A stretch of DNA of 64,000 nt, from the NCBI GenBank assembly GCA_005792355.1, contig SXSC01000090.1, positions 550-64,549 on the forward strand. Direction: 5' to 3'. A program made the position numbers and the translations under genes. Below, in pieces: positions 53,600 through 63,465 of the stretch; position 1 is the stretch's first letter; each line of letters opens with the position of its first letter. The notes under the pieces are model-generated. The model did not search any database, was not told the origin of the DNA, and saw nothing but the letters and a program-made list of their open reading frames with translations. Origin of the DNA: Opitutaceae bacterium. GTDB taxonomy: Bacteria > Verrucomicrobiota > Verrucomicrobiia > Opitutales > Opitutaceae.

Positions 53600-53965
53600 T
53601 TCCCCTCCTCACGTCAGCCGCATCGGTGGATCCCGATGGCGCTGATCACGATGGCGCACGTCGTGGACCGGAAGACCGATCTCCATGGCTACATGCAGCA
53701 ATGGGGCTGGCGCTGGACCGAGCTGCACGAAAAACAGCCGGGCCTCGTGCGCGCGATGTTCACCGATCTCACGACCATTGAGGAAGTCCGCCTTATCGAG
53801 GAGGCCACCTCAGGTCCCACGGTTTGCCATCGTCGCCGGGGAGAAGGTGGTTGGATTCTCGTGCCGAGGCGCACAGGCGCTCGCCCGTGGTTTTGGAAAG
53901 AGCGCGACGTTTTCCGTCACGCGTACGCTTGCACGGCGGCGCGCGACCCTTACCATTTTGTGGTG

Positions 53966-55462
53966 ATGCTGCGTTTCATCCTCCTTTGCCTGCTCGGATT
54001 CCTCACCATGGCCTTTGGCGTGGCCGGGGCGGCCGAACCCGTGAACGCCGCGGCCGACGCGAAGCCCGCTCCGCTGGCGGTGTCCGCTCCGCCGCCGGTG
54101 GAAACGGCCCTGGCGGCCGCGAAGAAGCGGGTCGTGGTGATCCCGGTGCGCGAGCAGGTGGACTCGCCACTTTTGTTCATCATCCGGCGCGGTTTGAAGT
54201 CGGCGATCGAGGAAAAGGCCGACGTGGTCGTGCTCGACATGAAGACGCCGGGCGGCGCCCTTGACGTGACCTTCGAGATCATGGAGGCGCTGGCCAAGTT
54301 TCCGGGGCTGACGATCACCTTCGTCAATCCGGAGGCGATTTCGGCCGGGGCGTTCATCTCGGCGACCACCGAGGAGATCTGGTTTTCGCCGGATGGCGTG
54401 ATTGGAGCGGCGGCGCCCGTGATGGGCACCGGCCAGGAAATCGACGCGACGATGCGCCAGAAGATCGTCAGCTATCTCAAAGCCCGCATCCGCGCGACGA
54501 GCGAGGGCAAGGGCGGCTATCGCGGGCGGGTCATCTCCGCGATGATCGACGCCGACTACGAACTGAAAATTGACGACGTCGTACTGAAAGGGAAGGGCGA
54601 GCTGCTTTCGCTGACGGCCAAGGAGGCGAGCGAGAAACACGGCGATCCGGCGATCCCGCTGCTCGCCGCGGGCGTGGCGAAGACGGTTGAGGATTTGTTG
54701 ACGCAGAAGTTTGGAGCGAACGGTTATGCCGCAACCACTCTGGAGATCACCTGGTCCGAGCGGTTTGCCGTCTTCCTGCGGGCGCTGGCGCCGCTCTTCA
54801 TGGGCGTGGGGTTGCTGGCGCTGTACATTGAATTCAAAACGCCGGGCTTCGGGGTGTTCGGGATCACCGGCATCACGTGCCTCGCGATCGTTTTTCTCAG
54901 CAACTTTGTCGCCGGGCTGTCCGGGCACGAGCCGATGCTGGTGTTCGGGCTCGGCGTCGTGCTGGTCTTCGTCGAGCTGTTCTTCTTCCCGGGAATCGTC
55001 GTGATGGCGGTGACCGGCATGGCGCTGATGTTTGGTTCGCTGCTGTGGTCGATGGCCGACATCTGGCCCAACGAGCCGGTGACGATCAACGATGGCCTGT
55101 TCCTCGCGCCGATGCGCGATCTGGGGCTGGGCCTGTTCGTGGCGGTCGCCCTGGCGCTGATCTTTGCCCGCTTCATCCCCAAGGGTTGGTTCTTCACGCG
55201 CCTCGCCGTCTCGAAAGCGGTGGCCGGGTCGGCCCAAGTGGCCGGCGTCGCGCCCGAACTGGGCCTCGCGGCGGAGAGCCTGGTCGGTCGCACCGCGCTC
55301 GCCGCCACGGGGCTTTTTCCCAGCGGGCAGGTGGAGATCGACGGGCGGCGGTATCAGGCGCGGATGGAGGTCGGCTCAGCCCCAACCGGAGCGCGGGTGA
55401 CGATTCTACGCCGGACGGATTTCGGCCTGGTCGTGGCCCGCGAGGAGAAACGCAACTCATGA
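53966..55462 (+). CDS. nfeD: Long NfeD (YqeZ-like) membrane-bound ClpP-class serine protease
   Basis: LDMKTPGG, AISAGAFIS, IGAAAPV, TM block with IEFKTPGFG, C-terminal OB fold LFPSGQVEIDG. Confidence 0.9.
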   Translation: MLRFILLCLLGFLTMAFGVAGAAEPVNAAADAKPAPLAVSAPPPVETALAAAKKRVVVIPVREQVDSPLLFIIRRGLKSAIEEKADVVVLDMKTPGGALDVTFEIMEALAKFPGLTITFVNPEAISAGAFISATTEEIWFSPDGVIGAAAPVMGTGQEIDATMRQKIVSYLKARIRATSEGKGGYRGRVISAMIDADYELKIDDVVLKGKGELLSLTAKEASEKHGDPAIPLLAAGVAKTVEDLLTQKFGANGYAATTLEITWSERFAVFLRALAPLFMGVGLLALYIEFKTPGFGVFGITGITCLAIVFLSNFVAGLSGHEPMLVFGLGVVLVFVELFFFPGIVVMAVTGMALMFGSLLWSMADIWPNEPVTINDGLFLAPMRDLGLGLFVAVALALIFARFIPKGWFFTRLAVSKAVAGSAQVAGVAPELGLAAESLVGRTALAATGLFPSGQVEIDGRRYQARMEVGSAPTGARVTILRRTDFGLVVAREEKRNS

Positions 55463-55944
55463 GTCTGATCCTTTTGTTGTTTGCCGCCGGCGTCGTGCTG
55501 ATCGGTCTCGAGGTCATCGTGCCCGGGGCGATTCTCGGCATCGTCGGGGGCGTCTGCATGCTCATCGCGGTAATCGTTTCCTTCGAGCGATATGGCGTGA
55601 GCGGCGGGTCGTTTGCCACCGCCGCGGGCCTCTGCATCGCGGGAATCGCGCTCTATCTTGAGTTCGTGTTCCTGCCGAAGAGCCGGCTCGCGAAAATATT
55701 CTCGATGACGGCGACGGTCGCCGGGCGGAGCCAGCCGGCCGTCGCGGACCGCGCGATTGTCGGCAAGCGGGGCGTCGCCGTCACCGCGCTCGCCCCCAGT
55801 GGAATCGTCGAGTGTGAGGGCCGGCGTTATGAGGCTTTTGCGCGCACCGGACTGGTCCCGGTGGGCGGGACCGTCGACGTAATCGACCTCGACAACTTTC
55901 GTCTGATCGTATCCCAAACTTCTAACCAACACAGCACATCATGA
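55459..55944 (+). CDS. Short NfeD-family protein
   Basis: [39 protein letters not shown]; ATGA overlaps with both neighbours. Confidence 0.85.
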   Translation: MSLILLLFAAGVVLIGLEVIVPGAILGIVGGVCMLIAVIVSFERYGVSGGSFATAAGLCIAGIALYLEFVFLPKSRLAKIFSMTATVAGRSQPAVADRAIVGKRGVAVTALAPSGIVECEGRRYEAFARTGLVPVGGTVDVIDLDNFRLIVSQTSNQHSTS

Positions 55945-56942
55945 GTATCACTTTGGTCGGCCTAATCATCCTTGGCATTTTCATTCTGGTCGTCGGGGCC
56001 ATCGTCTTCAGCCTCATCGGAGCCTACGTCAAAGCGCTCTTCAACGGGGCTCCGGTGCCGATGTCGAAGCTCGTCGCGCTGAAATTTGCGAGCATCCCGT
56101 ACGGGTTGATCGTCGACGCGCGCATCACCGCGGTGCGGGCTGGCATCAACGTCGATGCGGACCAAATCGCGTCGCACTACCAGGCGGGCGGCAACGTCGT
56201 GCCGACCGTGCAGGCGCTGATCGCCGCCCAAAAGGCCGGCATCGAACTCGGCTGGGATCGCGCGTGCGCGATCGACCTCGCGACCAAGGGCTCCGGCAAG
56301 AGCGTCGTCGAGGCTGTGCGCACCTCCGTCGACCCGAAGGTGATCGACTGCCCGAATCCCGAGGGTGGACGCACCACGATCGACGGCGTGGCCAAGGACG
56401 GCATCCAGGTGAAGGTGAAGGCGCGCGTCACCGTGCGCACGAATCTCGACCGCTTTGTCGGCGGCGCCAAGGAAGAGACGATCGTTGCCCGCGTGGGTGA
56501 GGGCATCGTTTCGACCATCGGCTCCGCGGAAAGTTACAAGATCGTGCTTGAGTCGCCCGACAGCATTTCGAAGACCGTGCTCGCGCGCGGCCTCGATGTC
56601 GGCTCCGCGTTCGAGATTCTGTCGATCGACATCGCCGACGTGGATGTGGGCGAAAACGTTGGCGCGAAGCTGCAGGAAGCGCAGGCGCAGGCGAACAAGA
56701 GCATCGCGCAGGCGCAGGCGGAAATCCGGCGGGCGGCGGCAGTCGCGCTCGAGCAGGAAATGAAGGCGCGGGTGCAAGAGATGCAGGCCAAGGTCGTCGA
56801 GGCGCAGGCCCAGGTGCCGCTCGCGATGGCCGAGGCGTTTCGCTCCGGTCGGCTGGGCGTGATGGATTATTACAAGATGGAAAACGTGCAGGCCGACACG
56901 CAAATGCGCGCCTCCATCGCGCATCCCGAGGGCAAGAAGTAA
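55941..56942 (+). CDS. floA: Flotillin-like protein FloA (YqfA/YdfA family)
   Basis: [65 protein letters not shown]...ADTQMR. Confidence 0.95.
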   Translation: MSITLVGLIILGIFILVVGAIVFSLIGAYVKALFNGAPVPMSKLVALKFASIPYGLIVDARITAVRAGINVDADQIASHYQAGGNVVPTVQALIAAQKAGIELGWDRACAIDLATKGSGKSVVEAVRTSVDPKVIDCPNPEGGRTTIDGVAKDGIQVKVKARVTVRTNLDRFVGGAKEETIVARVGEGIVSTIGSAESYKIVLESPDSISKTVLARGLDVGSAFEILSIDIADVDVGENVGAKLQEAQAQANKSIAQAQAEIRRAAAVALEQEMKARVQEMQAKVVEAQAQVPLAMAEAFRSGRLGVMDYYKMENVQADTQMRASIAHPEGKK

Positions 56943-56972
56943 GCCGTCCCCGCCGTGATTGTTCCTCCCGTG

Positions 56973-57623
56973 ATGGCCAATATTCTCGATTGGCTGCTCG
57001 AACGCATCGGCATCGTCATCTTCGTTCTGGTCTTTGTCGTCCAGATCGTGCGCGGCCTGATGAAGACGCGCGACGAGACGCCGCCGGAGGAAGCCAAACC
57101 GGATTCGTTGGAGGAGCAGCGGCGCGTGCAGGAGATTCAGCAGCGGATTCGCCGCCAGATCGCGGAGCGCCGGGGCGAGGCCGCCCCCGCGGAAGCTCCG
57201 CCCGTGATTCGCCGGGAGTCGGCGCCCGCGCCAGTCCCGAGTCCGGAGACAACGCAGATGCCCGATCCGTTTGGCGGACCGTTGCGCCGAGTGTTGCAGG
57301 AAATCGAACGGCAGGCGCACCCGCAGCCAGAGCCACCTCCGCCGGTGTTGCATGTTCCCACCCTGGCGGCCGAGCGGCGCAACGCCGAGCTGGAGCGTCA
57401 GGAGCAGCTCGCCGAGCAATTGCGCGTACTCGAAGAGTCGCGGGCTCTGGCGGAAAGACGGGCGACAAACGCGGCCGCGCTGACGGTGGCGGATGCTCAG
57501 TCCGAGACCGGCCTGCGCAAGATCGCTCAAGGCCGGTTGCTCGATGACCTGCGGGATTCGCAGGGTTTGCGGCGGGCGATTGTTCTGCGTGAGGTGCTCG
57601 GTACGCCGGTGGGGCTGCGGTAG
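56973..57623 (+). CDS. YqfB-like membrane-anchored coiled-coil protein
   Basis: N-terminal TM helix, E/Q/R-rich body, terminal LRRAIVLREVLGTPVGLR; follows floA. Confidence 0.7.
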   Translation: MANILDWLLERIGIVIFVLVFVVQIVRGLMKTRDETPPEEAKPDSLEEQRRVQEIQQRIRRQIAERRGEAAPAEAPPVIRRESAPAPVPSPETTQMPDPFGGPLRRVLQEIERQAHPQPEPPPPVLHVPTLAAERRNAELERQEQLAEQLRVLEESRALAERRATNAAALTVADAQSETGLRKIAQGRLLDDLRDSQGLRRAIVLREVLGTPVGLR

Positions 57624-57808
57624 GTTGAATGGTCGGGCCGAGTCTGCGCCTTCGGCCGAAGGTCCGCGAATTGGTCGGAAACTTGATCTTCAGGGGAGCG
57701 GATCCGGGAGGGGGCAGGATGTCCCCTTGATTTTCGCGCGCCGCTCGACTTCGCTGCCAGCGACCGGCACCCACCGCCCGCGGCCGGTCATCACCCTTTT
57801 ACCCTGCC

Positions 57809-60742
57809 ATGAATCCCCCTGCCATCAGTCGGTTGTTCGCCGGTTGGCTGCTGCTGGCCGGCGGATCATTGCGCGCCGCGCCCACGGCCGGGGACATCGA
57901 GTTTTTTGAAAAGAAGATCCGGCCTTTGCTCGCGGAGCGCTGCTATGAATGCCACTCGGCCGAGTCGGGGAAGAAGATCAAGGCCGGGCTCCGCCTCGAT
58001 CATGCCGAGGGCTGGCTGCGGGGCGGTGACTCGGGGGCGGCGGTGTTGCCCGGGCAGGTGGACCAGAGCCCGTTGATCAAGGCCGTCCGCTACACGGGCC
58101 TGGAGTTTGAGGCGATGCCCCCGAAAAGTTCGCTGTCGCGCGAGGAAATCGCGTGGCTGGAAGAATGGGTGAAGCGCGGGGCGCCGGCCCCGACGGACTC
58201 GGGCGCGATGGTGGCTCGGGCCGACGCGAAACCGAAGCAAGCCGGGCTCGCGATTGAGGAGGGCCGGAAATTCTGGGCCTTCGTCCCGCCGGCGAATCCG
58301 CCGGTGCCACCGGCGCCGGTACCGGCGGTGCTGCGCGACTGGCCGCGCACCGAAATCGACCGTTTCATCGCCGCACCGTGGGCAGCGAAAGGCCTGCAGC
58401 CCGCGGCCGAGGCGGACCGCGCGACGCTTTTCCGGCGCGCGTCGTTCGATCTGACCGGACTGCCGCCGCCGCCCGCGGCCCTCGAGGCGTTTGTGCGCGA
58501 TGCCCGGCCGACGGCGGAGGCGTGGGCGGGCGCGGTCGATGCGATGCTGGCCTCGCCGCATTTCGGCGAGCGGTGGGGGCGCCACTGGTTGGATGTCGCC
58601 CGCTTTGCGGAGTCGAGCGGCGGTGGGCGCACGTTGCTTTTCAAGGACGCGTGGCGCTACCGCGACTACGTGATCGACGCGTTCAACCGCGACCTGCCGT
58701 TCGACCGCTTCATCCGCGAGCAGATCGCGGGCGATCTTCTGCCGGCGGCGGCGCCCGGGGAGAAACGTCGCCAGATCACCGCGACGGCGTTTCTCGCGCT
58801 CGGTCCGACCAACTACGAGGAGCAGAACAAGGACGCGCTGCGGATGGACGTCGTCGACGAGCAACTCGACACGCTCGGCAAGGCGTTTCTCGGGATGACC
58901 ATCGGCTGCGCCCGCTGCCACGATCACAAATTCGATCCCGTGCCCACCCGTGACTACTACGCCCTGGCCGGCATTCTCCGCAGCACCCACACGCTGCACA
59001 ATTACACCGACAACGTGGCGAAGTGGGTGGAGGTCGCGCTCCCCATGGGCGGCGACGCGGAAAAAGACCTCGCCGTCCACGACACCAAGGTCGCCGCGCT
59101 GGAGAAACAGATCAAGGAACTGCGCGCGGCCACGAGCGTCGCGGCCACCGGCAAGAGCATCGTGCCCGCGTCCCTGCCCGGAATCGTCCTCGACGATGGA
59201 CAGGCGAAAGTGGTCGGCGGCTGGAGCACATCGGCCACACTTTCGCCCTTCGTGGGCAGCGGCTACCTGACGGACAACAATGCCGACAAAGGACAACGCA
59301 CCGTCACCTTCACTCCGGCCATCCCGCAATCAGGGCGCTACGAGGTGCGCTTCGCCTACACCGCGCACGCCAATCGCGCGAGCAACGTCCCGGTCACCAT
59401 TCTCCACGCCGACGGTGAGAACACCGTGGTCGTCAACGAGCGCGAAGCGCCGCCGCTCGCCGGGCACTTCGTGAGCCTCGGCAGTTTTCGTTTCGAGAAG
59501 GACGGCGCCGGCTACGTGCTCGTCTCGAACGAGGGCACCGACGGCTTCGTAATCGTCGACGCCCTGCAGCTCATCGCCGCCGACGCCACGCCGCCCGTGG
59601 CCTTGGCCGGCAGCAGCGACGGCCCGCGGCGGGCCGCCAAGAAAGCGGTCCGCGAACCGGTCGATCCGGAAGCCCGCAAGGCCGCCGCCGATCTGCGCAA
59701 CCGCGAAGCCGAACTGAAAAAACTGGTCGCCGGTGGCCCGAAACGGGAGCAGGCGATGAGTGTGCGGGAGGCGACGGGCGAGATCGGCGACACGGAGATC
59801 CGCATCCGCGGCGTCGCCCGCAGCCTCGGTCCGAAAGTGCCGCGCGGTTTGCTGCAGGTGGCCCTGACCGGGCCCGCGCCCAAATTTTCCTCCACCGAGA
59901 GCGGGCGCCGCGAGCTCGCCGACTGGATCGCGAGCGAGGCCAATCCGCTGACGGCGCGCGTGATCGTGAATCGCACGTGGGCCTGGCTGATGGGTGCGGG
60001 TCTCGTGCGCACGGTCGATAATTTCGGCACCACCGGCGAACCTCCCTCGCACCCGGAACTGCTCGATCACCTCGCGCGGCAATTCACGGCCAAGGGTTGG
60101 TCGATCAAGCAGCTGGTCCGCGCCATCCTGCTCTCGCGCACCTACCAACTTGCGGCGCACGCGTCGCCGGACACCGCGCGCCTCGATCCCGACAATCGGC
60201 TCGTCTCCCACGCGAACCGCCGCCGCCTCGAAGCCGAGGAAATCCGCGACGCGATTCTGGCCGTGAGCGGTGAGCTCGATTTGGCGTTTGGCGGGCCCAA
60301 CATCGGCCCGCCCGGCGCCCCGCCCACGACCAGCGAATATACCTACCTCTTCACCGACACGCGCCGCAGCGTTTACACGCCGGCGTTTCGCAACCGGCGG
60401 CTCGAGCTGTTCGAGGTATTCGATTTTGCCGATATCAACTCTTCCCTCGGCCGGCGCGCGACGACGACGGTCGCCCCGCAGGCGCTCTTTTTGATGAACC
60501 ACCCGTTTGTCACCGAGCAGGCCGGGTTCGCCGCCCGGCGCACGCTGGCCGCCACGGTGGTCGACGCCGCCGCGCGCATTGATCTCGCGTATCGCGCCGC
60601 GCTCGGGCGCGGACCCACCGCGAACGAGCGATCGCTCGCGAGCGAGTTTCTCCGCGCGGCCGGCGGTGACGCACCCCTCGAGGCGTGGGCGCAACTGCAC
60701 CAGGCCATCTTCGCCAGCGTGGATTTCCGTTACCTCAACTGA
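57809..60742 (+). CDS. Planctomycete cytochrome c / DUF1549 (PSCyt2) / DUF1553 (PSD1) protein
   Basis: FFEKKIRPLLAERCYECH, GERWGRHWLDVARFAES, CARCHDHKFDP, NPLTARVIVNR, PSHPELLD, QALFLMN. Confidence 0.93.
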   Translation: MNPPAISRLFAGWLLLAGGSLRAAPTAGDIEFFEKKIRPLLAERCYECHSAESGKKIKAGLRLDHAEGWLRGGDSGAAVLPGQVDQSPLIKAVRYTGLEFEAMPPKSSLSREEIAWLEEWVKRGAPAPTDSGAMVARADAKPKQAGLAIEEGRKFWAFVPPANPPVPPAPVPAVLRDWPRTEIDRFIAAPWAAKGLQPAAEADRATLFRRASFDLTGLPPPPAALEAFVRDARPTAEAWAGAVDAMLASPHFGERWGRHWLDVARFAESSGGGRTLLFKDAWRYRDYVIDAFNRDLPFDRFIREQIAGDLLPAAAPGEKRRQITATAFLALGPTNYEEQNKDALRMDVVDEQLDTLGKAFLGMTIGCARCHDHKFDPVPTRDYYALAGILRSTHTLHNYTDNVAKWVEVALPMGGDAEKDLAVHDTKVAALEKQIKELRAATSVAATGKSIVPASLPGIVLDDGQAKVVGGWSTSATLSPFVGSGYLTDNNADKGQRTVTFTPAIPQSGRYEVRFAYTAHANRASNVPVTILHADGENTVVVNEREAPPLAGHFVSLGSFRFEKDGAGYVLVSNEGTDGFVIVDALQLIAADATPPVALAGSSDGPRRAAKKAVREPVDPEARKAAADLRNREAELKKLVAGGPKREQAMSVREATGEIGDTEIRIRGVARSLGPKVPRGLLQVALTGPAPKFSSTESGRRELADWIASEANPLTARVIVNRTWAWLMGAGLVRTVDNFGTTGEPPSHPELLDHLARQFTAKGWSIKQLVRAILLSRTYQLAAHASPDTARLDPDNRLVSHANRRRLEAEEIRDAILAVSGELDLAFGGPNIGPPGAPPTTSEYTYLFTDTRRSVYTPAFRNRRLELFEVFDFADINSSLGRRATTTVAPQALFLMNHPFVTEQAGFAARRTLAATVVDAAARIDLAYRAALGRGPTANERSLASEFLRAAGGDAPLEAWAQLHQAIFASVDFRYLN

Positions 60743-60770
60743 TCGCGTTCCGCCTCACCCTTTTTCCCCC

Positions 60771-62198
60771 ATGCATCCGAACCCGTTCCTCACCCGCCGT
60801 CAGATCCTGCAACAGCTCGCGTGCGGTTTCGGCTCCCTCGCCTTGACGGGGCTCGCCGCGCAGGCCGTCACGCGCAGTTCGGCGAATCCCCTCGCGGTCC
60901 GCGCCGGGCATCTGGCGCCCCGGGCGAAGCGCGTGATTTTTCTCTTCATGGGCGGCGGCGTGAGCCACCTCGACAGCTTCGATTACAAGCCGACGCTCTA
61001 CGCGCGCGACGGCCAGATGCTGGATTTCCTCGACCAGCGGGCGATCGCCAAGACGGGCCTGGGCGCAACGGGCCGCGTGATGAAGCCGCTGTGGGATTTC
61101 AAGCAGCGCGGGCAGTGCGGGCGCTGGGTGTCAGACCTGTTTCCGCACCTGGCGGAGCTCGCCGACGACTATTGCGTCGTCCGTTCCATGCATACCGACG
61201 GCGTGGCGCACGGCCCCGCGACGCTCTTTCTCCACACCGGCGCGACGAACCAGATCCGCCCCTCGATGGGCTCATGGATCACCTATGGTCTCGGATCGGA
61301 AAACGAGAACCTGCCGGCGTTCGTCTCGCTCAGCCCGACGCTCGCGAACGGCGGCCCCCGGAACTACGGCAGCGCGTTTCTGCCGGCCGCTTACCAAGGC
61401 ACCGCGATCGGTCGCGCCGGGCAGAAGGCGATCGAGGCCGGTCTCCGCAACGTCCGCCACCCGACCCGCACGGCTGCCGAGCAGCGGCGGCAGTTCGAAC
61501 TCGTGCGGGCCCTGAACGAGGAGCAGCTGCGGGCGAAGCCGGGCGACTACGAGCTTGAAGCCGTGGCGAGTTCGTTCGAGCTCGGTTGGCGCCTGCAAAA
61601 CCACGCCCCCGACGCGCTCGATCTTGCGAAAGAATCCGCCGCGACGCTCGCGCTCTACGGGATCGGCGAGGAGCCGACCGACGACTACGGCCGTCAGTGT
61701 TTGCAGGCGCGCCGGCTCGCCGAAGCCGGAGTGCGGTATATCCAGGTCAACTACTCCGACAACACGAACAATCCCGCGTGGGACCAGCATTCCAATTTGC
61801 CGAAACACAAGGACCATGCCGTGCGCGTCGACCAACCCGTCGCCGGCCTGCTGCGGGATTTGAAAGCCCGCGGCCTGCTCGAAGACACGATCGTGTGGTG
61901 GGGCAGCGAATTCGGCCGCACGCCTTATGCCGAGCGCAACGGCACCGGCCGCGACCACAACCCGACGGGCTTTTCCGTGCTGCTCGCCGGCGGCGGTTTC
62001 AAACCGGGTTTCGCCTATGGCGAGACGGACGAGTTCGGCCACTTCGCAATCGAAAACAAAGTCCACATGCACGACCTCCACGCGACAATCCTCCACCAGC
62101 TCGGCCTCGATCACGAGCGGCTCACCTTCCGCCACGACGGCCGCGACTACCGCCTCACGGACGTGCGTGGGCACGTGGTGCGGGATATTTTGGTGTGA
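60771..62198 (+). CDS. DUF1501 family protein (Tat-exported)
   Basis: TRRQIL; AKRVIFLFMGGGVSHLDSFDYKP, WDQH, SEFGRTP, GRDHNP, HDLHATILH. Confidence 0.93.
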   Translation: MHPNPFLTRRQILQQLACGFGSLALTGLAAQAVTRSSANPLAVRAGHLAPRAKRVIFLFMGGGVSHLDSFDYKPTLYARDGQMLDFLDQRAIAKTGLGATGRVMKPLWDFKQRGQCGRWVSDLFPHLAELADDYCVVRSMHTDGVAHGPATLFLHTGATNQIRPSMGSWITYGLGSENENLPAFVSLSPTLANGGPRNYGSAFLPAAYQGTAIGRAGQKAIEAGLRNVRHPTRTAAEQRRQFELVRALNEEQLRAKPGDYELEAVASSFELGWRLQNHAPDALDLAKESAATLALYGIGEEPTDDYGRQCLQARRLAEAGVRYIQVNYSDNTNNPAWDQHSNLPKHKDHAVRVDQPVAGLLRDLKARGLLEDTIVWWGSEFGRTPYAERNGTGRDHNPTGFSVLLAGGGFKPGFAYGETDEFGHFAIENKVHMHDLHATILHQLGLDHERLTFRHDGRDYRLTDVRGHVVRDILV

Positions 62199-62279
62199 GT
62201 TTCAAGGGACCCAAGGGACCGAAGACACCAAAAACCACTTTCACTTGCCGCCACAGCCTCGTTTTCTCTTCCGTCACTC

Positions 62280-63221
62280 ATGTCCCTTCCGTCCCTGCAC
62301 TCGGCACTTCTCCTCCTCGCGTTTCCGCTCTGCGCCGCCGCCGCGCCCTCCTACGACCAATCGCGTGTCCCGCTGGAGGTCGATGCCCCGAATTCGGGAA
62401 TGACCAAGATCGTCATCCTCGCCGGGGGGCCCAGCAGCAAGGCCATGGCGCACGAGTATTTCGCCGGTTGTGCGCTGCTGATGGACTGGCTCAAACAACA
62501 GCCTGGTGTCTGGCCCGTCATGGCGCGCGACTGGCCGGCCAACGAACGGGTGCTCGAAGGCGCGAAGTGTGTCGTCTATTTCGGCGATGGTGGCGGCAAG
62601 CAGCCATTTGCCACACCGGCGCGCTGGGCGAAGTTCACCCAGCTGATGGAGTCGGGCGCCGGCCTCGTGCTGCTGCACCAGGCGATGGATTTCCCCAAAG
62701 GACCTGACGGCGACAAAATCAAAGGCTGGCTCGGTGGCGTGTTTCACGGCGACATTGGCAGCCGCGGCCACTGGGACATGGAGTTCAAGTCAATTCCCGC
62801 GCACGAGGTCACACGCGGGGTGAAGCCCTTCGCGGCGCCCGGCGACGGCTGGCTCTACAACCTGCACTTCGCCGACCGCAGTGTCGCCCCGTTGCTCGTC
62901 GGAGCCGTGCCCGACAAATCCCGTTCCACCGCCGACGCGAAAAAATACCCTGGCCGCGACGAAGTGATTGCCTGGGCCTACACGCGCCCCGATGGCGGGC
63001 GCGGTTTCAGCTTCACGGGCGCCGATTTGCACCGGAGTTGGGCCTACCCGAGCCAACGCACCCTCGTGCTCAACGGCATTCTCTGGGCGGCGCGCCGGCC
63101 AGTGCCGGCCAACGGCGCGCAGGTCTCTCTCGACCCCGCCCAACTCGAGCTCAACCTCGACGATAAGCGCGCGGCGGCAGCGGAGGCGGCCGCGAAAGCC
63201 GCGGCCAGAAAGAAAAAGTGA
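62280..63221 (+). CDS. ThuA-like (class I GATase-like fold) secreted protein
   Basis: KIVILAGGPS...HEYFAGC, GLVLLH, HEVTRGV, WAYTRPDGGRGFSFTG, NGILWAA. Confidence 0.85.
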   Translation: MSLPSLHSALLLLAFPLCAAAAPSYDQSRVPLEVDAPNSGMTKIVILAGGPSSKAMAHEYFAGCALLMDWLKQQPGVWPVMARDWPANERVLEGAKCVVYFGDGGGKQPFATPARWAKFTQLMESGAGLVLLHQAMDFPKGPDGDKIKGWLGGVFHGDIGSRGHWDMEFKSIPAHEVTRGVKPFAAPGDGWLYNLHFADRSVAPLLVGAVPDKSRSTADAKKYPGRDEVIAWAYTRPDGGRGFSFTGADLHRSWAYPSQRTLVLNGILWAARRPVPANGAQVSLDPAQLELNLDDKRAAAAEAAAKAAARKKK

Positions 63222-63465
63222 GGGCGGGTTGGGTTCTTACCACGATCGCCGGCGGACGCGGAAACAGGCGCGCGATTTTGCGCGCAATTGACGGGCTCGT
63301 CGCAGCGCCGCCGCCGCGGAATTTGCGCCAGGCGGTGGTGGACGCACTACCGCCGCCCGATCTCGGCGGCTGAAAATCGGTGCTTCCCCCGCGGCGTGCG
63401 GTCCGCTTCGCTCCGGGGCGCGTCACCGTCCGGTCGCGGTGGCGTCCTTCCCCCTCCCACCACCC

